Virus record (IMG/VR): IMGVR_UViG_3300047094_001400
Span: 6,473-70,472 of that record
Length of the DNA: 64,000 nt
Reading direction: 5' to 3' (one strand)
From: a virus
Below, piece by piece: positions 55,196 through 64,000 of this stretch. The notes below the pieces were generated by a model, which was not told where the DNA came from, searched no databases, and saw only the letters and a program-made list of their open reading frames with translations. The stretch's first letter is position 1, and every line of letters begins with the position of its first letter. Made by a program: the position numbers and the translations under genes.

Positions 55196-57562
55196 ATGGC
55201 TTCAGGGAACGACAAATACGGTAAAGTTTTATTAGAGAACTTAGGGGACTTGTATTCACTTTTAAGTGAACACGGGGCTGAAAGTGTATTGCCTACTGCA
55301 TTCGTTGTTGAACTTGAAAGGCAGGGCGTAGTTAGTAATTCTGACTATATGCCAGGGGAAATACTTTACAACCGCAAGCAGAAAGAACGGCAAAAAAGGC
55401 AGAAGTATATTGCCAAGCAGTTAGAAAAGAAGTTTGGCAAAACCCACACCAAGCAGTTATTTGAACAGATTAGTGATAACCATGTTGAGATTGTCAAGGG
55501 TAAGTTCAAGAATGAGCCAACGGTAATTGTAACCGAGGAAAGGAAAAAGCAGGAGCAGGAAAGCGTAGAGGTTATTTACCGAGGGGGTGTAATTAAGAAA
55601 GAGGATTGGATTCCGTACAGGAATGATGATAAATTTGACTTTGACCCACAATTTATTCGTTGGGTTGATAGTTGGTTTCCAAGGGGATTTAGTTATGCCA
55701 CAGAGTATTCTAAATTCAATATCTATTGCCAACAGGCAGAGGATTGGTACATGGCAGGGTATGACATTAACAATGCCCTTACCATTGACGAGCAGGTAGA
55801 TTTCTGTTTGTCAGAAAAGCGTAGGTATGAGGAGAATAGCCTGTACTATGTTTACAAGAATGGCAGGTTAAAGGATGGTAGTTTTGATGGAGGCAGGAGA
55901 AGAATAGAACCCTACAAGGCACAGAAACTACTTTTGTACCTACTTGATTGCGGATTGTCAGTTGTTATTGGCAAGATGAGGCAGTTGGGTATTACGAGTA
56001 TTTTGGGAATGGGGGCTGCTTCCAAGACTATGTACCGAAGGGAGTGGTTTACCAAGTACATTTGTGAGGATGATAGTAAAACCCGAAGTGTATTTGAGGA
56101 TAAGATTAAGTATCCCATAAGTGAAACTCCACACTATCTTGTTCCAAGCAGTTTTAGTGATGCTGAAAGGCAGTTGAAGTTTGGCTTAAAAGAAGTTAAG
56201 GGTAGGGTAGCAGGGGCAAATAGTAAGATAGAGGTAGTTCCCCCAAGTGCTACTGCTGTAAACTCAGGTAGTCCGCAGTTGGTACTTATAGATGAGATTG
56301 GGAACATTCCCGTACTTACCAAAATGGTGAATGAATCCCGACCCACGATGTTTATTTTTAATCCGGAAACCAAGAGGATTGAGTATAGGAGGCAGTTGTT
56401 TATGTGGGGAACAGGGGGTGAAATGAAAACGGATAGTTTTGAAACCGAGTTTAAGGCAGCACTAACGAATTGGAGGGACAGAAACTTTAAGTATGGTATT
56501 ATTCCTGTGTTTTTGGATGCGTTTTGTAAGCCAGGAATACAGGGTGATTTCTATGAAACCGAGAAAAGGAATGCGTATAGCAAACAAGGGGCAGACCGAG
56601 AGGCTACAATAGCACAATTTCATGCGGCATATCCTGTTCATATTGACGATATGTTCATCAGGAGTGTAAACACCTTAGTTCCTATTGCTACTTGTAATGC
56701 ACACCTGAAGCGTATATGGAGTTTGGAGGAAAGTGCAAGACCGATTTATGGTAGGTTTGAGCCTGTTTTTGACACCAATAGTCCTACAACGGATATTAAT
56801 GATTGGCCATACAAAGTAGTTGGGGTGATATTCGTGCCTATGAGTAAGGAGGAAGATCCACCAATAATTATGTTCCATGAGCCTGAAAAGAATTGGAAGT
56901 ACAGGTATTTTCAGGGGACTGACCCTATTAACACAGAAAGTGGGCATAGTAAGTTTGCGAGTGCTATATGGGATGCTGAATGGAATACGGTTAGTTGTCA
57001 GTTGTTTTGGAGGGTAACAAACTTTGTGGAATGCTATCAGCAGAGTTTATTGATGGGGTTGTACTATGATAGGAAGGATTGGAGGGGTGTTCCAGAGTTA
57101 ATTGAGTACAACATTGGTGCGGATTATATAGGATTTAGGGAGAGAAAGGGATTTGACAAGAATGTTATTTTCAACAAGGAGTTGAATCCTATGATGCACA
57201 TAGATGGGGCAAGAGTAGGTATTAGCAATAAATCGGCAACCAAGGGTAAGATTATCAATAAGATGACCGAGTTGTATAACAACTATGCGGATAACATATT
57301 TATTGAGGAAACCTTTGAGCAGTTAAAAACTTTTGTTGAGAAACCTACACCAAATGGCGGAGTAAAGTGGCAGGCGGAGAATCTTAAAAAGCACTATGAT
57401 GATATTTTGTTTAGTCAGACTTATGCTTATATGGCTTCTCAGTTGTATGCGAGTAGCAGTAGGTATCCGCAATTTACGGATGAGAATGCACCAAGGAGTG
57501 TAAAGACAACCTTCAGCAGGGATGCTTATGGTAATTTAAGGCGTGTAACAAGTTTAAGTTAA
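55196..57562 (+). CDS. terL: Terminase large subunit
   Basis: Walker A-like 'IGKMRQLGITS', Walker B 'VLIDEIG', motif III 'WGTGG', nuclease 'QGTDP..HYDD'. Confidence 0.85.
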   Translation: MASGNDKYGKVLLENLGDLYSLLSEHGAESVLPTAFVVELERQGVVSNSDYMPGEILYNRKQKERQKRQKYIAKQLEKKFGKTHTKQLFEQISDNHVEIVKGKFKNEPTVIVTEERKKQEQESVEVIYRGGVIKKEDWIPYRNDDKFDFDPQFIRWVDSWFPRGFSYATEYSKFNIYCQQAEDWYMAGYDINNALTIDEQVDFCLSEKRRYEENSLYYVYKNGRLKDGSFDGGRRRIEPYKAQKLLLYLLDCGLSVVIGKMRQLGITSILGMGAASKTMYRREWFTKYICEDDSKTRSVFEDKIKYPISETPHYLVPSSFSDAERQLKFGLKEVKGRVAGANSKIEVVPPSATAVNSGSPQLVLIDEIGNIPVLTKMVNESRPTMFIFNPETKRIEYRRQLFMWGTGGEMKTDSFETEFKAALTNWRDRNFKYGIIPVFLDAFCKPGIQGDFYETEKRNAYSKQGADREATIAQFHAAYPVHIDDMFIRSVNTLVPIATCNAHLKRIWSLEESARPIYGRFEPVFDTNSPTTDINDWPYKVVGVIFVPMSKEEDPPIIMFHEPEKNWKYRYFQGTDPINTESGHSKFASAIWDAEWNTVSCQLFWRVTNFVECYQQSLLMGLYYDRKDWRGVPELIEYNIGADYIGFRERKGFDKNVIFNKELNPMMHIDGARVGISNKSATKGKIINKMTELYNNYADNIFIEETFEQLKTFVEKPTPNGGVKWQAENLKKHYDDILFSQTYAYMASQLYASSSRYPQFTDENAPRSVKTTFSRDAYGNLRRVTSLS

Positions 57563-57566
57563 GTAT

Positions 57567-57803
57567 ATGGAAAATTCAGTAAATCAGTTCCCAGAGGAAC
57601 TAAAGTTGCCTGAGGGCGTGGAAAGAGTGGACTTCTTTGTGTTTGAAAGAACGATTAACAAAGATGGCAGTATTGGAATGCAGTTAAGAATTGACAGCTC
57701 CGACCCAAATTATCCGAACACAATTAGTGCTTTTGAGGTAATTGGTGCATTGGAAACAGCGAAATTCAATGTAATGCAACACCGTTTTGCTAAAGGACAG
57801 TAA
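57567..57803 (+). CDS. Hypothetical protein
   Basis: 'EVIGALETAK' small conserved phage motif. Confidence 0.6.
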   Translation: MENSVNQFPEELKLPEGVERVDFFVFERTINKDGSIGMQLRIDSSDPNYPNTISAFEVIGALETAKFNVMQHRFAKGQ

Positions 57804-58362
57804 GACCGACCCCAATAAGATTGATTTAATACTGCACAATACGCAGTTAAAGAAGTTGATAATCAAGCGTATGCAGGAGTTCAAAGTGAATCCTCTACGC
57901 TTGATGGCTTCGACACAGGTAAGGTATGATGATTTGCGGTTGTGGTTAGTAACGGAGAGTGTAAACTCCAAGCCTTTAAGTCATTACGAGATATTAAAGG
58001 TATGTAATATGTTGAAAATCAGGCTTCGGGTTCAGTTGATTGTTGAAGAAGCCGAGGCAGATAATGCAATAAAATCGAAATACAGGTATGACAGAGACAG
58101 GTCAGAGAAAGTTACAGAACAAAATAATTCGGAAGTTGGACAGCAACTCAGTAAAGTTACGGGAGTTGATGTCAGTTCATTTGGAATTAGTGGGGGTATT
58201 GGCGAAATTAACTCCGGAGGTGACGGCGGTGGAAACCAAGGCGAGGTGTCCCAAGGAGGCGAGGCATCTGTTACGGGAGTTGAGGGCATTGGAGGGGATG
58301 ATAAAGGAGTACAGACTTGGCGTTCGGGAAATATGGCTACAAGATATGAAACCGAGGGATGA
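57787..58362 (+). CDS. HTH-like hypothetical protein
   Basis: N-terminal about 100 aa helical and HTH-like; tail overlaps the next ORF. Confidence 0.5.
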   Translation: MLKDSKTDPNKIDLILHNTQLKKLIIKRMQEFKVNPLRLMASTQVRYDDLRLWLVTESVNSKPLSHYEILKVCNMLKIRLRVQLIVEEAEADNAIKSKYRYDRDRSEKVTEQNNSEVGQQLSKVTGVDVSSFGISGGIGEINSGGDGGGNQGEVSQGGEASVTGVEGIGGDDKGVQTWRSGNMATRYETEG

Positions 58363-58423
58363 GGAGAAATTTGGGGTGTTAAGTCAGTCTAAGGCGGTTA
58401 GGGACAGAAACTTGGAGGAGTAG
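58088..58423 (+). CDS. Helical hypothetical protein
   Basis: Amphipathic 111-aa ORF with ATG start. Confidence 0.5.
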   Translation: MTETGQRKLQNKIIRKLDSNSVKLRELMSVHLELVGVLAKLTPEVTAVETKARCPKEARHLLRELRALEGMIKEYRLGVREIWLQDMKPRDEEKFGVLSQSKAVRDRNLEE

Positions 58424-58499
58424 GTGCTATAAGATTTTTTTGTATAGTAATTTAGACAGTTGTATCTTTGTCATAAGTTCAACTATTTATTTTCAAAAA

Positions 58500-59270
58500 A
58501 TGGCTTTAAAAAATTATTCTCTCGTAGGTGTTTTGAACACCAATCCTTCAGCTGCAGCAAACTGCGTATTGGATGATGGACTTTTAACAGTTACTGCTCC
58601 TGTTGGCTCCCTTGCTTGGGGTGGTAGTATCAAATGGGTTGATGTAGTAAGTAACGATGTTATTACTCCATCTTCTGGTCAGTTTCAGGAAATCACTTTT
58701 AACACAAGTGTTGTAACTCCAACTGTAAACACTCAATACATTGTCAGAATTTATCCTGACCCTGCAAGTGGACTTAACCCAAGTACCTTTATTTACAACA
58801 CTGGTGGAGCTCCTGCTCTTACAATTACTCAGTTGGTAAATGCTCTTGCGATTCAAATCACTAATGATTCTCAGGGTACTTACACTGCTTCAAATGCTGC
58901 GGATGACTTGGTTATTCAGGGCAACCTCGGTAACTTAGGTACTCAAGTTTATGGCTTCAATGCTACTATCAACTTGGCTGTTACTCAAAGTGTAACTGCT
59001 GCTCTTGTTCAGCCAGAAGGTAGTCCTTCTATCATCAATGCCAACACAGGTATTCCATTGTCTAACCTGACTGCCGCTTCTTACAATACTTACGAAGTGT
59101 TATACACCGAGAAAGTAGAGAATGCAGCAGGTACTTTTGAGGTAGTAAACCGCACAGCAGTTGTGTATGTTGACGATACCGCAGATTCAGGTGCTGGTTC
59201 ATTCAATCAACAATGGGGTGACAACTTTAGTGGTGCTGGTACTACTGCTGAATACTTGTCTCGTCCGTAA
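58500..59270 (+). CDS. Putative virion structural protein
   Basis: Thr/Ala/Asn-rich beta protein; promoter TATCTTTG at 58463; ATG at 58500. Confidence 0.55.
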   Translation: MALKNYSLVGVLNTNPSAAANCVLDDGLLTVTAPVGSLAWGGSIKWVDVVSNDVITPSSGQFQEITFNTSVVTPTVNTQYIVRIYPDPASGLNPSTFIYNTGGAPALTITQLVNALAIQITNDSQGTYTASNAADDLVIQGNLGNLGTQVYGFNATINLAVTQSVTAALVQPEGSPSIINANTGIPLSNLTAASYNTYEVLYTEKVENAAGTFEVVNRTAVVYVDDTADSGAGSFNQQWGDNFSGAGTTAEYLSRP

Positions 59271-59289
59271 TTAATCGGGTATATAAAAA

Positions 59290-60024
59290 ATGGTTGAACT
59301 GCCTCCACAGGAAGAAATGGGAAAGCATCCCGAATCTCTACAAGTGGAGAATCCTTCGCAAGAAAGGGGTTTGGGGGCTACGACCAAAAAACCTGATGTA
59401 AACTTTGGTGAGGATGTACTTTTTGTCCCGAACATAAATAAGGACAAAAGGTATATCCTTACCGATTTACGGAAAGAATATCCTGAACTTAATCGCATAG
59501 ATGAGTTTAAGACACTCAAAACATGGCAAATGTATTTTGTGTGGCTATACGCAAGTCCTTGCAGTCCTTATAGTAAAACAGAAATACCTGAGGGCGTAAG
59601 GCGTAAGAATGCTACTGAAAGGGCGTTATACGATGGCGTAAACAATAGACTAAGACTTGGGGTATCTGATGAGGAATATGCTAACTACAAGCGTGGTGTG
59701 TTCCCTGAAGAAGTAAATTCCGCTATCCGCAGAATGGAAATGTTTAATCCTAATGCGAGGTTTAAGGCGAGGTTGGCAGCAGAAAAGATTCTTGATGACT
59801 TTATGGTGTTTTTAGATAGAAGTCCGCACGAAATTACGGACACAGAAGAACGCAAGAAGTATGTAGAAATGTGTGTGAAAATACACGATGAACTGCCAAC
59901 GATTATTAAAAATGTTGAAGAAGGATATGGGGTTCGTACAGTTACTAAAAAGGTGGAAATTGAGGGTATGAAAGGGCGAACTTTAATGGATATGGCTCAC
60001 GAAAGAGAAAAACAAGAACGATGA
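59290..60024 (+). CDS. Hypothetical protein upstream of the portal
   Basis: 244-aa helical ORF with ATGA overlap to the portal. Confidence 0.6.
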   Translation: MVELPPQEEMGKHPESLQVENPSQERGLGATTKKPDVNFGEDVLFVPNINKDKRYILTDLRKEYPELNRIDEFKTLKTWQMYFVWLYASPCSPYSKTEIPEGVRRKNATERALYDGVNNRLRLGVSDEEYANYKRGVFPEEVNSAIRRMEMFNPNARFKARLAAEKILDDFMVFLDRSPHEITDTEERKKYVEMCVKIHDELPTIIKNVEEGYGVRTVTKKVEIEGMKGRTLMDMAHEREKQER

Positions 60025-62288
60025 ACTACTCTACAATAGGCGTAAGACCAAACAGGATTACCGGAATTGATGGTAAGAAAAACGAAGAGTACGACTTAGC
60101 GTGGGCGAACTATATCATAAGCAGAGTATTTGATTGGAGGCTGGATTTTTTCAGGGTTAAAACCGACACTAATTGGATGTTTCTTTTGGCTAACTACCAA
60201 ATGAAATGGCAATGGATGTTGGATGAAGATATTGATACATTCCTGAATGATGAAAGCGGACAACCTAATGGGCGTATTCGGTGGCAGGATAATATCATGG
60301 CTCCCGTACTTCGTCAATATGTGGGTAATGCTATTCGTACAAGTTTTGAGTACAGGGCAGAACCTTTAAGCGAAAGCGTACAGCAAAAGCGTGACCAAGA
60401 AATGACCAAAATGATGGTTATTTCACAGATTGCCCAAGAAATGGGCGGTATATTCAAGGATATGCTTCAAGACCAATTCCCTATTGGAGAAGGTCCCGAG
60501 GACGCAGAAAGGCTATTTGATGGTTATTACTTTGATTCCCTTACCCGTGATGTAAACAACCTTATCAAAGTTGTTGCTGACAGAAACGATGTAAACGGGA
60601 AGTTAAAGAAGTGGATGACCAAGCAGTTGTGTGCTTCAGGAATGTGTGTTGTTTTCAACAAAGAACACTTCGGGCACCAAGTATTTGAGGGATTGGATAG
60701 TAGATATTTCTTTTGGGATATAAGTGCTCAAAGGGATGATTTATCCGATTCTATGTATATGGGGCATAAGGCATATCTTGACCCTACTTACATTTATGAG
60801 AAATATCCTGACCTAACGATAGAAGAGTGTGAAACTATTGAGAAGATTGCCAACTATCAAAACAATGGCGATCAATTTGACAATGGCATTTGGAATGGTG
60901 ACAAGACTGGACGAGTTACTACTTATTACGCTTTTTGGCGTGATATTGAAGAACATGAATATGGTGTTGTTTCCGATGAAATGGGCAATGAGTTATTTGT
61001 CAGAATAAATTTTGAAGGTGGCAAATACACAGATAAAGACCTAATTGAAGCCACAGACGAGAAGTACAAAAAGATTCTAAGCCAAGGTACAGGAAAGCGT
61101 AGAGGCAATAAGAAGAAAAGAAAGTTCAATGCCGATGTAATTAGGTATTGTGTTTTCGTTTATGATGTTTCCGGAGGACCAATAGGTGATGCAGAAGATA
61201 TGTCTCCGATTGTACTTGAAAGTGGCATAATGCCTTATCAGGAAACAACGAGTTTAGACCCAAGTAGTGCGAGATTCCCATACGCAGTTCAAACCTTTGA
61301 GTATTGGAATGGATTAGTTGTAAGTCCTTTGGATTCTATGATTGACCCACAGCGTATGATTAACCGCTATTGGTCAGCACAGGAACACCAAATCAATCGT
61401 GCTACTCCTCCAATTACTTTAATTGACAGAGGCGTAATTGACGAGGAAGAAGGGGAAGAAGGACTTCGTAGAAATATCCGTAATGGAGACCCTGTACTTG
61501 TAAATGGCAAGTTCAGTTTGAACAATGCCGTTGCTAATTTACCTGGTTCAAGTTTAAGTGGATTCCAATACCTAAGTGCTGCAATCGGTCAGGTTAAGAC
61601 TGCTGCCTTGGCTATTACAGGCGTAAACGAGCAAATGCTTGGCACAGGTAGTTTGGAACTTGTACGGAATAATCAGGCTATGATTAACAGGGGTACTCTT
61701 ATTCAGGAGGACTTCTATTTCAGTTTAGCGGATTGTATCAAGCAGATTTACCAAAGTATTGCCAACAGAGGAAGAAAGATATATGCCGATAGTCCACACA
61801 CTTTGATTAATGCAGTAGGGGATGAGGGTGCTGAAAGAGTTAGCTTCACAAGTGAAGATTTGTTGGCTGACTTCCGTATTAGTTTACAGCGTAGCGAACC
61901 TGAAAAAGAGTTGATTAACCAAGGTAATGTTATTGCGATGCAGTTACTTCAAATGCAGTTGCTTGACGAAAATACGGTTAGTAAGATTCTCAACCTTTGT
62001 ACTCCTTCAGAGGTATATAGTGCAAGTCGCAGATACCTGAAAATGAAGCAAGAAATTGCAAGACAGCAGGAAGAGGCAATGGCAGCACAGGGAATGCAAA
62101 TGGAAGCACAGGCACAGCAACAGCAGGTTGATAATCAGTTGATGCAGTTAGCACAAATGGAGAATGCCAATCAGAATATGGCAGACAACAGGGATGCTAA
62201 GTTGATGGAAACAATGATGAAATCCGAGGCACAAATAGCAAGTAGGCAACAGCCTCGTGGTGGCGGTGCTCCAAACCAAGTAATGTAA
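60021..62288 (+). CDS. Portal protein
   Basis: 755 aa; 'DNIMAPVLRQYVG', 'DPQRMIN', 'ITGVNEQMLG', Gln-rich C-terminal barrel; gene order. Confidence 0.8.
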   Translation: MNYSTIGVRPNRITGIDGKKNEEYDLAWANYIISRVFDWRLDFFRVKTDTNWMFLLANYQMKWQWMLDEDIDTFLNDESGQPNGRIRWQDNIMAPVLRQYVGNAIRTSFEYRAEPLSESVQQKRDQEMTKMMVISQIAQEMGGIFKDMLQDQFPIGEGPEDAERLFDGYYFDSLTRDVNNLIKVVADRNDVNGKLKKWMTKQLCASGMCVVFNKEHFGHQVFEGLDSRYFFWDISAQRDDLSDSMYMGHKAYLDPTYIYEKYPDLTIEECETIEKIANYQNNGDQFDNGIWNGDKTGRVTTYYAFWRDIEEHEYGVVSDEMGNELFVRINFEGGKYTDKDLIEATDEKYKKILSQGTGKRRGNKKKRKFNADVIRYCVFVYDVSGGPIGDAEDMSPIVLESGIMPYQETTSLDPSSARFPYAVQTFEYWNGLVVSPLDSMIDPQRMINRYWSAQEHQINRATPPITLIDRGVIDEEEGEEGLRRNIRNGDPVLVNGKFSLNNAVANLPGSSLSGFQYLSAAIGQVKTAALAITGVNEQMLGTGSLELVRNNQAMINRGTLIQEDFYFSLADCIKQIYQSIANRGRKIYADSPHTLINAVGDEGAERVSFTSEDLLADFRISLQRSEPEKELINQGNVIAMQLLQMQLLDENTVSKILNLCTPSEVYSASRRYLKMKQEIARQQEEAMAAQGMQMEAQAQQQQVDNQLMQLAQMENANQNMADNRDAKLMETMMKSEAQIASRQQPRGGGAPNQVM

Positions 62289-62306
62289 CTTTTAATTTCT
62301 ATTTAT

Positions 62307-62462
62307 ATGAAAATGTCCGTTTCAAAAATGAAAATGAGTACTGGTGGCGGTAAAAAGACTGCTAAGAAAAGTGCTCCTGCCAAAAAATCTGCTATGAAAA
62401 AAGTAGTAGGCATGGCAAAAAAAGCCATGAAAGGCGGTAAAATGTCCGGTGGAATGTACTAA
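62307..62462 (+). CDS. Tiny Lys/Met/Gly-rich basic protein (not in the ORF track)
   Basis: MKMSVSKMKMSTGGGKKTAKKSAPAKKSAMKKVVGMAKKAMKGGKMSGGMY*; followed by a terminator. Confidence 0.65.
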   Translation: MKMSVSKMKMSTGGGKKTAKKSAPAKKSAMKKVVGMAKKAMKGGKMSGGMY

Positions 62463-62480
62463 GACTACCAAAACGAAAGA

Positions 62481-62516
62481 GTGCCCGGGCTTCAGCAACC
62501 CGGGCATTTGTTTTTT
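62481..62516 (+). terminator. Intrinsic terminator
   Basis: gtgcccggg-N9-cccgggcat with T-rich tail. Confidence 0.75.
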
Positions 62517-62584
62517 ATAGCATGTCCACTTTTTTGTACGAACAAAAAATTATATATAACTTTGTCTAAAATAATGGACAAAGT

Positions 62585-63745
62585 ATGTCAGAACAACAAG
62601 TAACTTTTAGCCCTGAACAAGAAGCACAAGTAAGGGCTGCTATGCAGGATAATCCCTTTGCGGATGACCTGACCCCCGAGGAATTTGCCTTGATATTTGG
62701 AGATGGCACAACAACAGAAACACAGCCTCCAATAACAGACGAACCACCTTCCACTCCTGACAATGACAATCAGGACTATCAGGATGAACCTGAAACACCA
62801 CCTGCAAAAGATGAACCTGAAACAGAGGTAGGAACAGAGGAAGAGGAAGATGATGATGAACCAAGTATCTTTCAGTCAAAGAAAGGTTCTAAGGTAAACT
62901 TCAAGGATGAATCCGATGCAAAGAAGTATGTAAAAGAAAAACTTGGCTTTGATGTGAGCACTCCTGCAGGTTACGCTAAACTCGTTGAGGCGTACAACAA
63001 ACAGAGGTCAAATGCACAAAAAGCCACAGAGTTAGAAAAATTCAAGGAAGAAATAGAAACAGCCTTTGCTGAAATGCCTCCTGAAATTGTTAAGGCTATT
63101 GAAGCCTACAATAACGGACAGGATTGGAAAGACGCAATAAAGACTGCTCCTGCTTTAAGACTTGATTTTAATAAGGACTTGGAAAGTCAAGACAAATGGG
63201 CGTTAATCGAAGCCTACGCACCAGATGAATTGACCCGTGAGGAATACGAGGATGACCCCGATTCCCGAGAAGTCCAACGCTTGTTGAGGGTTGCCGAGAA
63301 GGCTTTCCGACTTGACAAACAACAGAATGACCGACAGGTTGCTGAGGCAAAGCGTGTCCAAGAACAAAAGGTGAAAACCTTTAGGGATTCCGCACTTAGT
63401 TCGCTTGAACAGGTCAAAGCCGACTTCCCTGGCATGGATGAAAAAGAGTTAAAAAAACTCGAAAAAACATTGACAGGTGGCGGTTTAGGTTCTGAGTTTT
63501 TCAATAAGGATGGCACATATCGGGCAGACGCTGCTAAGAAACTTGCGTTAATTCAGTATGCTCCTACGGAGATTGACAGGCTCGCTAAGAAACTTTCTAA
63601 GTTGCAACAGAAGAACAAGGAGCTTAGTGACCAACTTGCCGGAGTGGTAAGCCGTGGGAGAGATACCATTAACGATGAGAAAGGTGGCAGGAACGAACTG
63701 CAAGACCCGAAAATGGCAAACATTCCAGCATGGCTTCGAGATTAA
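62585..63745 (+). CDS. Putative capsid scaffolding protein
   Basis: Acidic disordered N-terminus and coiled coils, between portal and capsid; TAACTTTG at 62557. Confidence 0.6.
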   Translation: MSEQQVTFSPEQEAQVRAAMQDNPFADDLTPEEFALIFGDGTTTETQPPITDEPPSTPDNDNQDYQDEPETPPAKDEPETEVGTEEEEDDDEPSIFQSKKGSKVNFKDESDAKKYVKEKLGFDVSTPAGYAKLVEAYNKQRSNAQKATELEKFKEEIETAFAEMPPEIVKAIEAYNNGQDWKDAIKTAPALRLDFNKDLESQDKWALIEAYAPDELTREEYEDDPDSREVQRLLRVAEKAFRLDKQQNDRQVAEAKRVQEQKVKTFRDSALSSLEQVKADFPGMDEKELKKLEKTLTGGGLGSEFFNKDGTYRADAAKKLALIQYAPTEIDRLAKKLSKLQQKNKELSDQLAGVVSRGRDTINDEKGGRNELQDPKMANIPAWLRD

Positions 63746-63768
63746 CAATTTAACTTTTAGCACAGAAA

Positions 63769-64000
63769 ATGGCAAGTACACAGTACACCCCACCCAATGC
63801 GGCGTATAATAATAACTCCGCTAACCCCCTTGGTTCCTTTTGGGGCCAACTCACAGGTCGTGAGCAAGCGATTCTTGAAAGAATTGTTTACAACAAAATC
63901 GTTGATTCTGCCCCACAGCAGTTCTATGATTTGAAACTTCTTATGGACAAAACTCCGGAACAAAAAACTTCCGATGAACATGAGTGGTTCGAGGCTCCTT
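63769..64000 (+). CDS. Major capsid protein, N-terminal part (runs off the window)
   Basis: MASTQYTPPN..KTSDEHEWFEAP open to the end; position after the scaffold; 'SDE..W.E' resembles N-termini of HK97-fold capsids. Confidence 0.65.
   Translation, partial: MASTQYTPPNAAYNNNSANPLGSFWGQLTGREQAILERIVYNKIVDSAPQQFYDLKLLMDKTPEQKTSDEHEWFEAP

Noticed and set aside
55196-57562. Intein or intron in the long terminase gene
   Set aside because: The extra length is an N-terminal extension; no intein splice motifs or frame breaks seen
1-64000. Stop-codon reassignment as in some crAss-like phages
   Set aside because: Large genes are intact under the standard code and no suppressor tRNA is visible
1-64000. 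CRISPR array, diversity-generating retroelement or retron
   Set aside because: I found no regularly spaced repeat-spacer array, no reverse transcriptase and no TR/VR pair

Overview
The window holds most of the genome of a tailed dsDNA phage that probably infects Bacteroidota, judging by many TAnnTTTG host-type promoters and A-rich leaders without Shine-Dalgarno sites. The virion module resembles crAss-like/Cellulophaga podoviruses. The sequence appears circularly permuted: large terminase (55196), portal (60021), scaffold-like protein (62585) and the start of the major capsid gene (63769) lie at the right end. Ring/tail proteins, a 1550-aa tail stabilisation protein, giant internal virion proteins, tail appendages and lysis genes fill 1-28 kb. 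A rightward replication/recombination operon (29-43 kb) encodes an initiator, primase-helicase, C5 methyltransferase, RuvC and RecE/RecT-like proteins. It converges on a leftward putative early operon (43-49 kb; beta clamp, ParB-like protein). I see no recognisable DNA or RNA polymerase. The most striking signals are mostly non-coding: (1) the putative early operon carries a hammerhead ribozyme and three anticodon-less tRNA mimics, each just upstream of a start codon; (2) three promoter-leader RNAs have a 5' hairpin loop complementary to the loop of their own terminator, with a different loop pair in each copy; (3) an HNH gene sits at the 3' end of a tRNA-like gene between copies of a short repeat; (4) the C5 methyltransferase is split over two overlapping reading frames. 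All protein calls come from motif recognition and gene order by eye; no searches were run.
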